A DNA stretch of 64,000 nt, taken from the IMG/VR virus record IMGVR_UViG_3300002026_000020, one strand, 5' to 3'. This DNA is from a virus. How positions within the stretch are numbered: the first letter of the stretch is position 1; the number at the start of each line of letters is the position of its first letter. Below the pieces are notes generated by a model. The model saw only the letters and a program-made list of their open reading frames with translations, did no database searches and was not told the origin of the DNA. The position numbers and the translations under genes were made by a program. This document shows positions 10,665-21,477 of the stretch, piece by piece.

Positions 10665-11392
10665 TAGTAATCTCCTTCGGGAAATGGTACGAATATCTTA
10701 TTAGGATTGAAGTCAAGATAGACTTTATTAGCCTCGTCAGAGTATTGCTTTCTTAGAGTGTTATTATAACATGGTTCCACATTCATTTCTTCGATGAAGA
10801 TATCCATGTCAAATATATGTGGGTGGATGTTGTGGTGTGCGGGTTGACACAAGCCAGCACCCTTGCAGCGTCTTGTATAATCCGCATGCTCAAATCCAAA
10901 CTTACCATAACGCATATCAAATGCACCAACCTTCTCAATAACTTCATTCGTCATCACCATCAACTGAGCGGTATTCTTCTTATAGAAGCCAATCGTAAGA
11001 TTTTGCGTTCTCGCTATTTTATAAAGGTCTGTTCTATGGTCAAGTCTGATATAGTTGAAATGCTTCATTCCCGTCTCTTGAATAGCAGTCAAAAACAACT
11101 CTATCCAGCCACTCCTACGGATAAGAATGTCATCCTCAAATATAAATACTAGATTGTTGTCTTTCAACTTGCTCAAAACACGGTTCTTATTAGCGGCTAC
11201 GCCACCGTTCGCATGGAAGATTGGCACGAAACCGGAAGGAATTTTACCAGCATAACTACCATCGGCTTCGTGGTCAACTGAACACACCAAGCTATAGTTA
11301 TGCCCCACCGTCAAAGATTTTAATATACTTGCGCAAACCTGTTGACACTCGTTTGGTCGCTTATAACTTGTTACTCCTATGCCTATATCCAT
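10664..11392 (-). CDS. GT2 glycosyltransferase (paralog of 9749-10489)
   Basis: TSYKR, FEDD, FGFEHADYTRR. Confidence 0.8.
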   Translation of the reverse strand: MDIGIGVTSYKRPNECQQVCASILKSLTVGHNYSLVCSVDHEADGSYAGKIPSGFVPIFHANGGVAANKNRVLSKLKDNNLVFIFEDDILIRRSGWIELFLTAIQETGMKHFNYIRLDHRTDLYKIARTQNLTIGFYKKNTAQLMVMTNEVIEKVGAFDMRYGKFGFEHADYTRRCKGAGLCQPAHHNIHPHIFDMDIFIEEMNVEPCYNNTLRKQYSDEANKVYLDFNPNKIFVPFPEGDY

Positions 11393-11445
11393 AATACCCC
11401 TTGACTTTGTAAAAATGTGGCTAAACTGTTACCATTGGAGGCAAC

Positions 11446-12033
11446 ATGCGAATCGTTAGGTCTTCCCTTCTTATTATAGCATCTTCTTTGTTTAGTTTAC
11501 CGCTTGCGGCACCTGAACCGGGATACACTGTTTACGGGGTCGCACCGAGGTATGAGATGATGACCACCAAGTTCATCCCGAAGAATGAACCCATAGTTGC
11601 AGCCCCCATAGAACCGGTGGTTGAAGAGCCAAAGGGTCGCTGGGTTTGGGCTAAGGTGACAGCATATAGCCCTCATGTTCGTTCATGCGGTAAGTGGTCA
11701 AAGCTTGGTCTGACTTCAACTGGTGTTCAAGTGCGCAGCCCGGATCCCGATGACGCTTATGGAATTGCAGCAAACCCAAAAGTTATACCATATGGAAGCT
11801 TCATATACGTTGAAGAATATCATTCAATGTTACAAAACAATAATAAGTTTATACCAACAACAGTGGAGAGCGTTGATGATACTGGCGGCGGCATGCGGCA
11901 ATTTACCCCATATTGGAAAATTGTAAATGGTAATAGGGTCTTTATAACATGTCATATAGATGTTAGATTTAGAAACCAATCAACTGCTCAGAAATGGGGA
12001 GTAAAGTATTTACAAATTTTCATTTACGAGTGA
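11446..12033 (+). CDS. 3D-domain (MltA-like) cell wall hydrolase with signal peptide
   Basis: VTAYS, TSTG, IAANPKVIPYGS, DTGG, HIDV. Confidence 0.8.
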   Translation: MRIVRSSLLIIASSLFSLPLAAPEPGYTVYGVAPRYEMMTTKFIPKNEPIVAAPIEPVVEEPKGRWVWAKVTAYSPHVRSCGKWSKLGLTSTGVQVRSPDPDDAYGIAANPKVIPYGSFIYVEEYHSMLQNNNKFIPTTVESVDDTGGGMRQFTPYWKIVNGNRVFITCHIDVRFRNQSTAQKWGVKYLQIFIYE

Positions 12034-12732
12034 GTCACCTTTGGATAAATTATCAAACTGCCAAAGTGGCTGGAGATTTGTATAGTGAAAACATAATTTT
12101 TGATGCTCGGTGTTAGTCATATCAAAAGACGCACATGGTATTACATGGTCTATATGCCACTTATCATTACCAATCCCGTGGTTTTCCCAAGTCATACCTT
12201 CCACAAACTTTGACTCAAGATAAGTTTTTAGGAACTCTACACTGCACCCCAACAACGATAACATAGTTTTAGACCTATAATTACGAGATACCACTTCATT
12301 CAGTCTGCTTCTGAGGCGCATTCGTATACGAAAATTTATATCGGTTTTATATCTTTCTCTTCTTTTTTCGTTTATTTTATTCTTATTTTGCCGAACCCAT
12401 ACTTTTTTACTATGTTGAATGTTTACATTATTATTTCTGTAAGAAGTGTTACATAATTTACAATAATTATTTTTGCCATGCTTGTGTTTTGCATTATTAC
12501 CAAAGCATTCAAGTGACTTTAGCTCACCACATCTTCCACATTTCTTCTTCAATTCGCCGTTTACAACTTCATCATATACTATATTTTTATTTAGACAATT
12601 CTTACAAGTTCCCCTAAGACCATCCCATTTGGTATTCTGCTTTGAATAATTGTTTAGAGATTTCCACGCTTGACAATGACTACATAGTTTACACTCTACA
12701 TCGTTTATGATAGTATGCTCGATTTTCTTCAT
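12010..12732 (-). CDS. HNH homing endonuclease
   Basis: CxxC repeats; WHIDHVIPCASF...CFHYTNLQPLW..NLSK. Confidence 0.85.
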   Translation of the reverse strand: MKKIEHTIINDVECKLCSHCQAWKSLNNYSKQNTKWDGLRGTCKNCLNKNIVYDEVVNGELKKKCGRCGELKSLECFGNNAKHKHGKNNYCKLCNTSYRNNNVNIQHSKKVWVRQNKNKINEKRRERYKTDINFRIRMRLRSRLNEVVSRNYRSKTMLSLLGCSVEFLKTYLESKFVEGMTWENHGIGNDKWHIDHVIPCASFDMTNTEHQKLCFHYTNLQPLWQFDNLSKGDSLVNENL

Positions 12733-12825
12733 AGTTGCTCCTTATTATAGCACATTTATTTATATACCATACGAAAAACAAATAATTACTGTATAATATA
12801 AATAATGAAGAATGATGGAGTAACA

Positions 12826-14307
12826 ATGCAGACTAAGAAATACCTCACTGAAGTATTTAGAACTTATTACGATGGGTCTAACCTTATTGAGTTGGCGCAC
12901 CTTATAGAAGCCTGGGCAGCTTCTACAACCGCTCTTTATGAGCGTTGGAAGCGTCCTGACCGTGGCAACATGAAGGAACTCAAGGTTCGTAATCGTCGCT
13001 ACCACTACGAGAAGGCAACCGAGAACTCGAAGTTCGGACCCGAGTGGATACTTCACGGGGGTCGTGGCGCTCGTTATGGTTTATTCCGTGGTGTCAACGA
13101 CGAATTCATACCGCTCAACCTCAAGACCCGCAAGGTTGTCGCTAAGGCAGGCACCTTCAAGGCTACTGAGGGCGGCTTGGTCTGGTCAAGAGAGTTGTCA
13201 TACCTTGATAAGATAATAACAAGCATCAACGAAACAGAAAACCTCGTAGAAGGTGGAAACGCCGCTGAAGCCCTTCTCCCAAAGCTTCAGGCAACAACTG
13301 GAAACGCCAATCTGAAGTATTCTAAGATACCTCAGTCAGAACTCGGAGCCGTGTTCCGTGAAATAGTAGAACCTATAATTCTCGAACTTGCCGATGCTGG
13401 TCTTATTGACAAGAACTACAAGACCGAGTTTGGTCTTGGTTCAACCCGCCTCGCAGCGAAGATAGTTGGATATGATGTCAAGGTATACAAGTCAGAAACT
13501 CCAGAGTCAATCGCCAAAGCAACCATGATGAAGAAGAATTTTGGCGACCTTGATATTGACGTTGTTCTCACACAGGGCACAAAGATAGCTGACGTTGGAA
13601 AGTTCCTCGAAAGCAAGCACCCTGAGAAGTATGCCTTCAAGCTTGGAAACAAAGAGATAAACGTGGCAGCAGTTCTCGACGGAAATAATGTCGTTCAGAT
13701 CGACATTGTTGACGTATCCAGTGAGAAGGAAGATATGATGTTCATGCAGAGCAGCAGCATCGTTGATATCTCCGCAGGAGTCAAGGGAGCCATTCAGAAG
13801 TGGCTCATCCGTGCCGTTCTCTCTGTCAAGGATATAACACCAGCACATCAGAAGCTTATCGCCCAGGCACTCAAAAAGAATCCAGAGTATCTGAAGTGGG
13901 CAAAGCAGGGCTACACACCAAACAAAGAAGGTGAGCCAGATAAACAGATTGGGCGTTACTCGCTCTCTACAGCAGGCGGTATATATCTCGTATTCGACAT
14001 ATACAAGCCAGGAGTCAAAAACAAGAAGCTCATCAAGGTTCAGGAAGAGCCTGTTGCACGCTTCTCAAACCTTCCAGAACTCATCAACTTCATTTTGCCA
14101 GGAGCAGATGAAGACGTAGCAAACTCGGCTGTCAAGATGGCTGAGTATGTTCGTGAGAACTTCGACGGTGATGATGTTGATAAGATTTGGAACGCATTCG
14201 TAGAATCCATGGCTAATCAAACCGGAGCAATGGATCCAGCAGACTACAACGCTGGTATGGCTAAGATGGCTGAGATGTTCGGTAAACCATGGAAAGCTGG
14301 AGAATAA
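12826..14307 (+). CDS. Pol-beta-like nucleotidyltransferase domain protein
   Basis: GLGS...FGDLDIDV...VQIDIV (GS, DxD and third D); late promoter at 12797. Confidence 0.6.
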   Translation: MQTKKYLTEVFRTYYDGSNLIELAHLIEAWAASTTALYERWKRPDRGNMKELKVRNRRYHYEKATENSKFGPEWILHGGRGARYGLFRGVNDEFIPLNLKTRKVVAKAGTFKATEGGLVWSRELSYLDKIITSINETENLVEGGNAAEALLPKLQATTGNANLKYSKIPQSELGAVFREIVEPIILELADAGLIDKNYKTEFGLGSTRLAAKIVGYDVKVYKSETPESIAKATMMKKNFGDLDIDVVLTQGTKIADVGKFLESKHPEKYAFKLGNKEINVAAVLDGNNVVQIDIVDVSSEKEDMMFMQSSSIVDISAGVKGAIQKWLIRAVLSVKDITPAHQKLIAQALKKNPEYLKWAKQGYTPNKEGEPDKQIGRYSLSTAGGIYLVFDIYKPGVKNKKLIKVQEEPVARFSNLPELINFILPGADEDVANSAVKMAEYVRENFDGDDVDKIWNAFVESMANQTGAMDPADYNAGMAKMAEMFGKPWKAGE

Positions 14308-14310
14308 GAT

Positions 14311-17300
14311 ATGCCAAGAGAAGGAATAGGTAGGTTCGCTGGTAAGAACGAATTCTCCGATGTTGAGTTCTTGGAAATATTCAAGGAGCTTCTACCACAC
14401 GTTCAGAGTGGTGAGATTAACCTTGACTCTATAAAGAACATAGACATGGTTGAAAAGATGGATTCATCGTTCATCCACTTCGGTATTAACGCAGCAGGCG
14501 CATTCTTCATGGAGTCATCAAACTCTGGCGAAGTAACCGCAGCCGATTACGAGCAACGCTTCAGTCACACATTCATGTCAGACTACAAGGTTGCCTTCAA
14601 GTCTCTCTTGGAGAACAAACTGTTGCAGTCAACCCTTCAGAAGATATTCAGCAAGGTTGGCGCAATTCGTTACGACTCCGAATTGTTTCCGGTTCTCACC
14701 CATACTGGTGACGAGTCTGGTTACATAACCTTCGTAGCAACCAAGTATGACAAGTCAAAGTTCGGCTCTAAGGGCGCACTTGTTGTATTCAAGTCATGGA
14801 TAAAAGACGAAAACGCTCAGTGGACCAGACCAGAGCCAACCGCAAACCTCAAGCTCATTGGAGCTATTGAACATGCGGATTCTTCTGAATGGAGAATCTA
14901 CACCAACGAAAAGCACGCAAAGCTCTCGGGAGTTGTTCAGCTAAAGGCTCTCAACGTTGATAAGATGTTATCATCGCCAGAAGCCATTGACGAAGCCATT
15001 CAGGTTCTCTCTGCCAGAGGCAGCAGCACTATCAAGGCACACTTGAAGAATGTTATCAGTGACCTGAAAGAGAAGCTACAGGGTGTTCTCGACAAGTATG
15101 CAGAAGAAACATCATCCATATTCAGCAAGCACGATTCACCATCGTCAATCGAAGGTGTCGTTCTTCGCATCAAGAAGGCTAATGGAGATATCTTCGAAGT
15201 CAAGGGAACCTCAAACGCATTCGACACTCTCAAGAAGCAGACCTGGGCTACCCGTAGCGGTCTTGCCGAGCTTGAATCTGTAACCGAAGGATCGTTCCTC
15301 AAGGATGCACTTGGATTGAAGACATCACAGGCTGCCGCTCTCAACCGTGCCATCAAGGATTTCGGTGCGAAGTTTACCAGTAAGGAAAAGAATCCAGAGA
15401 AGCGTGAGAACCAGTTCCTCATGCAGTTGTTCGATGAAATGAAGAATACTGAAGCTATGGTTCCTCCTGAAGAAACCAAGAAGCGTGTTGAGCAGATATT
15501 CGACGTTGCCAAGACGCAGCTTGAGAATATCATTGACGAGTTTAAGTCGCAGAAGCTTGACCCTGACAGCAAGCGCAAGTCGCTTGAAGCCATCAAGAGC
15601 ATCATCGACAAGTTTGATACCATTGAGAAGACCATTCATATGGATATGCCAGATGATGCCTTCCAGTTGTATATGTTCAAGTTCTTGCTTGACCGTAGAC
15701 TGAAGATGTATGCTGGTAAGCATATGAACGTTGCTGAGAGAGACTACAGCAGCTTCTACCAGGGTGCTACACCCGTTATTATCTGGAACGGAAGAGCGCA
15801 GCCTTGGCACGTTGGTCATGACGCTATGATTCAGTTGGCTAAGACCAAGATGGAATCGTTGGGCGCTCAAAAGATACTTATCATGGTTGTCAAGGGTGGC
15901 AAGTCTTCGCTCAACAAGGAAGAGAATCCATTGACAGAGAAAGACCAGAAGGCACTTATAGAAGCTGTCTACGCTGGTGATTCTGACGTTGTGGTATCGG
16001 ATACTCCGCTGCCAAATGGAAGCGTATTCGCAATCATTCAGAAGCTTGGTGAGCAGAACATGTATATGGTCGGCTGGCTTGCTGGTGATGACCGTATTGA
16101 AGATTACCGTAAGGAGCTTACTCGCTTCAACGCATCGGTATGGTTGAATGACCACGCTGGATTGCCAATCAAGGTTGACAGCAAGGGTGTAGCTCAAGTC
16201 GAAATGATTGAGACACCACGAGTCATGAGTGGAACCAAAGCAAGAGAATCGGCTAAGACTCTCGACTTCAAGGCATGGGGTCAGCTTGTCATTCCTAAGC
16301 ACGCTCAGAAGAACAAGGCTGCTATTGGAATCTATAAGCAGGTTTACGAGTTGCTGAACTCTGCCAAGCAGGAATCGGTTGTCTATGGGATGGTCAAGAG
16401 AATGTTTTTGACTGAGTTGACAGCCGACAATCCAGAGATGCACTTGAAGAGACTTGAGAAATACATAACAGACTATGAGAATGCTCCAGCCGATAAGAAA
16501 GAGCAGATCATGGGTCGTATAAAGCAGATGTCGGGACCGCTCGACACTATCGACGCTGAAGATATGAAGAAGTTTACTCCTGAGATGCAGGCTAAAGTAA
16601 CTGATTTGAAGGCTAAAGTCAAGGAGTTGGAATCACCAGCATCGGCAAACGCTGGGGATAAGATATCCGGTCCTGAAGCTGCTAAGAATATCGGAACTGA
16701 CCAGAAGCCTTTGGGGATTGCTGGTCCAGAAGCGGAACCAAAGGCAGATCCGAAGGATGAACCTAAGCCAGAAGCGGTAGATAAGAAGAAAGAATTTGAA
16801 GCATATGTAAAGAAGATACCAAAATATGCGGCTGCTTCGGATCCTGAGAGACTGAAAAAGTTCCTACACGCATCGCTTGGTGTGTTATCTGGAGCCTTGG
16901 TATGGGCGATGAAGGCTGAGAATGAAAAAGGCGGGTCCGCTGCCGATGTATTCTTCAGTAAGGTTTCCGAAAAATGGACAGCTATATGGGATAAAATAAA
17001 GAAGGGTAGAGTAGCCGCTGATGAAATAAATCAGATGATAAAGTCTGCCGCTGATGATATGGGTGAGAACATGCAATCGTATCTTGAGCTTAAAAAGTCT
17101 GCCATGGATATTATGAATAAGCATAAGCTTGCAGACAAGTTTGAGCAGTATGCAAATCAAAGAAGAATATCTGCTGCTAAACATGACAGCGGCGGTAAGA
17201 TGCAGAAGGGATTAGATGAAACAAAGTATATGTTCTTGTTGAATCACATTAGAATATTTGCTTCTGTAGAAGGTTTGGACGAGAGTATAAAAGGTGGATT

Positions 17301-17535
17301 GAAGAACATTATGGCTAAATATAAAGGAAAGCCATCGGATGCTAAAAAAGCTACCACCGAGATAATTGACTCTCTCGGAAAAATGGATTTGCCATATGAT
17401 GTTATTAGACAAGCCTTGGATAATAACCCAGGCATGGCTCCAAAGGAACTAAAGAGCATAATAGAAAAGGCGATTGCCAATAGTAAGAATACTAAGACAC
17501 AACCTCAAAACACCAATACCAAACCAACCCCCTAA
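14311..17535 (+). CDS. Large fusion: ATP-dependent ligase-like domain plus HIGH-type cytidylyltransferase-like domain plus C-terminal extension
   Basis: EKMDS (motif I-like), IEGVVLR (IV), FEVKG (V); then GRAQPWHVGH and MSGTKARE. Confidence 0.65.
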   Translation: MPREGIGRFAGKNEFSDVEFLEIFKELLPHVQSGEINLDSIKNIDMVEKMDSSFIHFGINAAGAFFMESSNSGEVTAADYEQRFSHTFMSDYKVAFKSLLENKLLQSTLQKIFSKVGAIRYDSELFPVLTHTGDESGYITFVATKYDKSKFGSKGALVVFKSWIKDENAQWTRPEPTANLKLIGAIEHADSSEWRIYTNEKHAKLSGVVQLKALNVDKMLSSPEAIDEAIQVLSARGSSTIKAHLKNVISDLKEKLQGVLDKYAEETSSIFSKHDSPSSIEGVVLRIKKANGDIFEVKGTSNAFDTLKKQTWATRSGLAELESVTEGSFLKDALGLKTSQAAALNRAIKDFGAKFTSKEKNPEKRENQFLMQLFDEMKNTEAMVPPEETKKRVEQIFDVAKTQLENIIDEFKSQKLDPDSKRKSLEAIKSIIDKFDTIEKTIHMDMPDDAFQLYMFKFLLDRRLKMYAGKHMNVAERDYSSFYQGATPVIIWNGRAQPWHVGHDAMIQLAKTKMESLGAQKILIMVVKGGKSSLNKEENPLTEKDQKALIEAVYAGDSDVVVSDTPLPNGSVFAIIQKLGEQNMYMVGWLAGDDRIEDYRKELTRFNASVWLNDHAGLPIKVDSKGVAQVEMIETPRVMSGTKARESAKTLDFKAWGQLVIPKHAQKNKAAIGIYKQVYELLNSAKQESVVYGMVKRMFLTELTADNPEMHLKRLEKYITDYENAPADKKEQIMGRIKQMSGPLDTIDAEDMKKFTPEMQAKVTDLKAKVKELESPASANAGDKISGPEAAKNIGTDQKPLGIAGPEAEPKADPKDEPKPEAVDKKKEFEAYVKKIPKYAAASDPERLKKFLHASLGVLSGALVWAMKAENEKGGSAADVFFSKVSEKWTAIWDKIKKGRVAADEINQMIKSAADDMGENMQSYLELKKSAMDIMNKHKLADKFEQYANQRRISAAKHDSGGKMQKGLDETKYMFLLNHIRIFASVEGLDESIKGGLKNIMAKYKGKPSDAKKATTEIIDSLGKMDLPYDVIRQALDNNPGMAPKELKSIIEKAIANSKNTKTQPQNTNTKPTP

Positions 17536-17550
17536 AATACTGGAGAATAT

Positions 17551-17919
17551 ATGGCTGATAGATTAGAGAAACTTCCGGAGGATGCTGATGATGCTTTGAA
17601 CGCTTTTATAGCGCAAGAAGCTCAATTTTTTAGTGAGTTGGCAAAGTGTGTAGAAAAAGCCAATGGTATTTTGAAAGGGGTTGCTGGCGATGCTGCTCGT
17701 GATAAAAATGTAACGTATGTTTCACGTCAAGATTACAAGGATTTCTTCAATCTAAACGATGAAGTTATAGACGCTTGGATAAAGTATGCAACTGATGTTC
17801 TTGGTAGAGAAGAATTGGTGAGGGGAATAGAAAAGATAAAAGGATCCTGGCTAAAGAAGGGTAAGAGTGGAAACGCTACAACCAACGATGCTGTGTCAAA
17901 CGCAAACAAAACAAACTAA
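17551..17919 (+). CDS. Hypothetical protein
   Basis: 122 aa ORF with GGAG RBS. Confidence 0.65.
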   Translation: MADRLEKLPEDADDALNAFIAQEAQFFSELAKCVEKANGILKGVAGDAARDKNVTYVSRQDYKDFFNLNDEVIDAWIKYATDVLGREELVRGIEKIKGSWLKKGKSGNATTNDAVSNANKTN

Positions 17920-17931
17920 GAGTTTATCTAA

Positions 17932-18105
17932 ATGATAATCAAACGCTTTATAAATGGCAAGCCTGTAGAAGAGACGGTGGAGAAAAACCAGCCGTTACCT
18001 TCTGTTATTCCAAAGAAAGCAAAGACCACTCAAACTCCGCCAAAGCCACGCCCAATTCCACCATCAGCCCCACAGAAACGTGGCGGCTGCGGGTGTGGGA
18101 GATAA
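17932..18105 (+). CDS. Small Pro/Lys-rich protein ending GGCGCGR (not in ORF track)
   Basis: 57 codons, MIIKRFINGKPVEE...KRGGCGCGR, stop immediately before the next ATG. Confidence 0.55.
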   Translation: MIIKRFINGKPVEETVEKNQPLPSVIPKKAKTTQTPPKPRPIPPSAPQKRGGCGCGR

Positions 18106-18106
18106 T

Positions 18107-19366
18107 ATGAAGTTCAGCAATTTTATTTCCAGACCATTGACAGAAGAGAAGAACGTCGGAGAAACGATGGAGGGTATATTCGCCATCGCTGTAGCTCTTC
18201 ATATGGCTTATGGAAGAATAGACAAGAACCAGCTTCACCAGATTCGCAAGTCTCTGGATTTGAGCAGCGGCAAAGCTTCATACGTTATAGACCCAAACAT
18301 TGCCAACGATAATATCTACGGTGTAGACGCTGATAGCAATGATAAGGTATCTGTAAGGGTTGAGGTATACCTTCGCCCAAACAAGGTTGATGGAATGTTC
18401 GGTCCCAAAATGGTAGCATATCCAGCAGTTGACTCAAAGATAGAGACTCTGGTCAACAAGATCCCAAACCTCAAGATACTGCGCAAGATACATGAGTTCA
18501 TGATTGGTGTTCTTACCAATCACAAGAAAGATGACATTGACTTCACCGTTGTTGCCGATGGTGCTGGTGGAATCTCTTCGGGTGGAACCATCAAGGGTGA
18601 CATCAAGCTAAAGATTTCAGCCAAGTCAAAGACAGACATTCCAAAAGACCTGTCGGAGCCTATCGTATTCTCCTTGAAGACCGATGAGACTACCGTATCC
18701 AACATGGGAATATTCGACGGTATGCTCAAGCTTGGGCAGTTGTTCAACTTGAGTTTCATCGAAGGTCTTGAGAAGCTTGATAAGTTCCCCGACAAGTATT
18801 CAAAGATTCAGGATGTCATTTACCAACACCCCGACAAGATGGATGACGAAAACCACTTCTTATCGTATGTCAGAAAGTATTTGACCATACAGGATAAGCA
18901 CTACGCCGGTGGTGGAGAGTATGAAAGCGATGCTGACCGTAAGGTAGGTCAGGCTGGTCAGGAGCTAAACCAGTTGAAGGTGACTCTCAACCGCTTCATT
19001 CAAGCCATGTCTGAAGAGATACAGGCTAAAGACTCTGAGGTATTCACAGCCGACCCTCGTGCCCGCGTATTTACCATGAAGTGCTTCGAGTTCCTTCGTA
19101 GTGCCATATTCGGCTCAGATACACCAAGAGTTGTCAGTATTCGTGGAAACGATATCAAAGAGATAGAAGATGCCGATTTCGACCAACTCAAGAACGAATA
19201 TGTTGTAAACCTGAAGACGGAGCCAAACGGAACCATGAAGTTCTACGGCATAAACATAAATAATGAAAGTAAGCTCTTGTTTCAGATAAGACCAAGGTTA
19301 GAATATAATCTCAAGAGCGGCAAGAAGACACAGAAACTCATTGTGGAGGTTGGAGAACTGATATGA
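18107..19366 (+). CDS. Hypothetical protein, possible PD-(D/E)XK-like fold
   Basis: EG...KGDIKL...FSLK pattern. Confidence 0.5.
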   Translation: MKFSNFISRPLTEEKNVGETMEGIFAIAVALHMAYGRIDKNQLHQIRKSLDLSSGKASYVIDPNIANDNIYGVDADSNDKVSVRVEVYLRPNKVDGMFGPKMVAYPAVDSKIETLVNKIPNLKILRKIHEFMIGVLTNHKKDDIDFTVVADGAGGISSGGTIKGDIKLKISAKSKTDIPKDLSEPIVFSLKTDETTVSNMGIFDGMLKLGQLFNLSFIEGLEKLDKFPDKYSKIQDVIYQHPDKMDDENHFLSYVRKYLTIQDKHYAGGGEYESDADRKVGQAGQELNQLKVTLNRFIQAMSEEIQAKDSEVFTADPRARVFTMKCFEFLRSAIFGSDTPRVVSIRGNDIKEIEDADFDQLKNEYVVNLKTEPNGTMKFYGININNESKLLFQIRPRLEYNLKSGKKTQKLIVEVGELI

Positions 19367-20802
19367 ACCAGATAAAGATACTTATGGAGAATGTATTGGG
19401 ACTCAATGAGGGTCGTGGCGTTGCTGCGAGAACCAAGGGTGACACATACATCAACGCCAAGGGGCATGTTCTCTCGTTTGAGAAGGTTATATTTGTTCCA
19501 GATAAGACCGATGGTATGGAAACTGAAGAACTCGTCAAGACCATAAACAACTGGAAGATGTCTAACAGCGACATAGCAACCAAGGACGCGAATGAAGTAA
19601 AAGATTCCACTTGCGCAGTCATCGTGGTATTCAAAGACAAAGAGAAAAATTCTTTCGTAGCCTTTATAAAGTATCTCAAGAGATTCAAGACAAATAGATT
19701 GGCAGCTTGGGCAAATGATGATTTCCGTAAGTTGACTGGCTATGAGTATACCAGTAAGCTCACTAAGAAAGAGAAGTCTGGTATAAAGGCTTCCGACCTT
19801 CTTACCGGCGGGAAAAAAGATGCCAAGGTGGAAGTTCTATCCGCTGATACTCTTATCGAAAAGGTAAAAGCAAATGTTGCCAGTTCGACCATGCTGGCTG
19901 ATGAATCTAAGACTGATATAAACAATCTCATAGATAACTTCATTATGGGGAGTGCCAATTTGGTTCCTCTGGCTAATGAATCCATGGCTTCGGCGTATGA
20001 GGATTACCTCGGAGAAATTCTCGCACCGTATGCTGTTGTAAAAGGAATAAAGGTCACTGGTGACATACAGACATCGGAGAGTAAGCTACTAGCTCCTTTT
20101 GCTCTGAAATACTCGGACATGCTCATACGTTTCAACACCACTGCCACCGAAAAGCTCATAGACTCTACTCTCGTATCACCTGACGGCAACACCAAAGTAG
20201 GAATAAGCTCAAAGGCTGACTCCGATGGTGGAGCGGCTGCGGCTATAACAAACCTATATCACGCTCTTTCAGAAGTTGATGACGCATGGAAGGCAAATAA
20301 TAAGTATGCAGTTGATATAATCAATTCGGTTACAAAGACAAAATCTGTTGAAAATCCAGTCGAATTGGCTCGTATTGCGGAATTACTTCCGGGTGACGAG
20401 TATCAGATATATAAAAAATACATAGCCACTCAGATGAAGTCAAGCACTCCAATTCCAATTCCTGACGTTCCGAGTGCCAGCGTATTTTTACATGCAATCA
20501 AAGTCAAGGATTCTTCAGCATCGTCAGAGTTCTATACTCTTTTGGCTGGTATGGCTAAGTTGTCGGCTGCGGTAATAAACAGGAACGCCAAATACAATAT
20601 AACTGGATCATTCTTAGAACTTCTCAACAAATCCAGCATACTTCAGGTTTACACTAGAGTAAAAACAAGTAAGAAGGGTATGCGATTTGATGGGTTTGAA
20701 GTCAAATACCCACCGCAGTTTAAGGGAAAGATTGAGCTATGGACTTCCACTCGCTTCAAGTCAACCGGTATCAGCGGTAGAGTTGGATTCAAGCTTATAT
20801 AA
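19363..20802 (+). CDS. Hypothetical protein, possible PD-(D/E)XK-like fold
   Basis: GEILAP...LIDS...GISSK pattern. Confidence 0.5.
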   Translation: MNQIKILMENVLGLNEGRGVAARTKGDTYINAKGHVLSFEKVIFVPDKTDGMETEELVKTINNWKMSNSDIATKDANEVKDSTCAVIVVFKDKEKNSFVAFIKYLKRFKTNRLAAWANDDFRKLTGYEYTSKLTKKEKSGIKASDLLTGGKKDAKVEVLSADTLIEKVKANVASSTMLADESKTDINNLIDNFIMGSANLVPLANESMASAYEDYLGEILAPYAVVKGIKVTGDIQTSESKLLAPFALKYSDMLIRFNTTATEKLIDSTLVSPDGNTKVGISSKADSDGGAAAAITNLYHALSEVDDAWKANNKYAVDIINSVTKTKSVENPVELARIAELLPGDEYQIYKKYIATQMKSSTPIPIPDVPSASVFLHAIKVKDSSASSEFYTLLAGMAKLSAAVINRNAKYNITGSFLELLNKSSILQVYTRVKTSKKGMRFDGFEVKYPPQFKGKIELWTSTRFKSTGISGRVGFKLI

Positions 20803-20841
20803 GCCATATTGATTTCCTGGCGAGTATGGTAGAATAGGTGC

Positions 20842-21477
20842 ATGAAGCACCCAGCCAAGTTTACAAAAACATTGATGCCTATATTCACAGAGCTACTGTC
20901 AACTCTTCCAAAGACATCAAAGGTTCTTGACCCGTTTGCAGGAACAGGTAAGATACATGAGCTTCCGTTTGACACATATGGCATAGAGATAGAACCCGAA
21001 TGGGCGGCTATGCATCCAAAGACAATCTGCGGCGATTCAACAAAGATGAAGTTCTCTTCAGGCTTCTTTGATGCTATTTGCACTTCACCAACCTACGGCA
21101 ACCGTATGGCAGACCACCATGAAGCCAAAGACACATCAAAGAGAAATACATACACCCATGTTCTTGGTAGGAAACTCACCGAAAACAATACGGGCGCTAT
21201 GCAGTGGGGCGATGACTACAAGCGTTTACATGAAGATGTTTACGCTGAATGTTTTAGAGTGTTGAAGCCAAACGGTATAATAATCATCAATATGAAAAAC
21301 CATATACGCAGTGGCGTTGAAATTGATGTCAACAAGTGGCATATTGAAAGTCTTGTAAAGCTCGGGTTCGACCTTGAGAAGATGGTCACGGTTCCGCTCA
21401 AGGGCAATGGATTTGGTGCCAACGGAAAAGTGAGAACGGGTGTAGAATACATCAACATGTTTAGGAAGCCAATATGA
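20842..21477 (+). CDS. DNA amino-methyltransferase (N4C/N6A)
   Basis: LDPFAGTG (motif I), TSPTY (motif IV), RVLKPNG. Confidence 0.8.
   Translation: MKHPAKFTKTLMPIFTELLSTLPKTSKVLDPFAGTGKIHELPFDTYGIEIEPEWAAMHPKTICGDSTKMKFSSGFFDAICTSPTYGNRMADHHEAKDTSKRNTYTHVLGRKLTENNTGAMQWGDDYKRLHEDVYAECFRVLKPNGIIIINMKNHIRSGVEIDVNKWHIESLVKLGFDLEKMVTVPLKGNGFGANGKVRTGVEYINMFRKPI

Noticed and set aside
15000-16443. Long minus-strand ORFs (15000-15635, 15325-16443); similarly 23554-24444
   Set aside because: Antisense shadows of codon-biased plus-strand genes.
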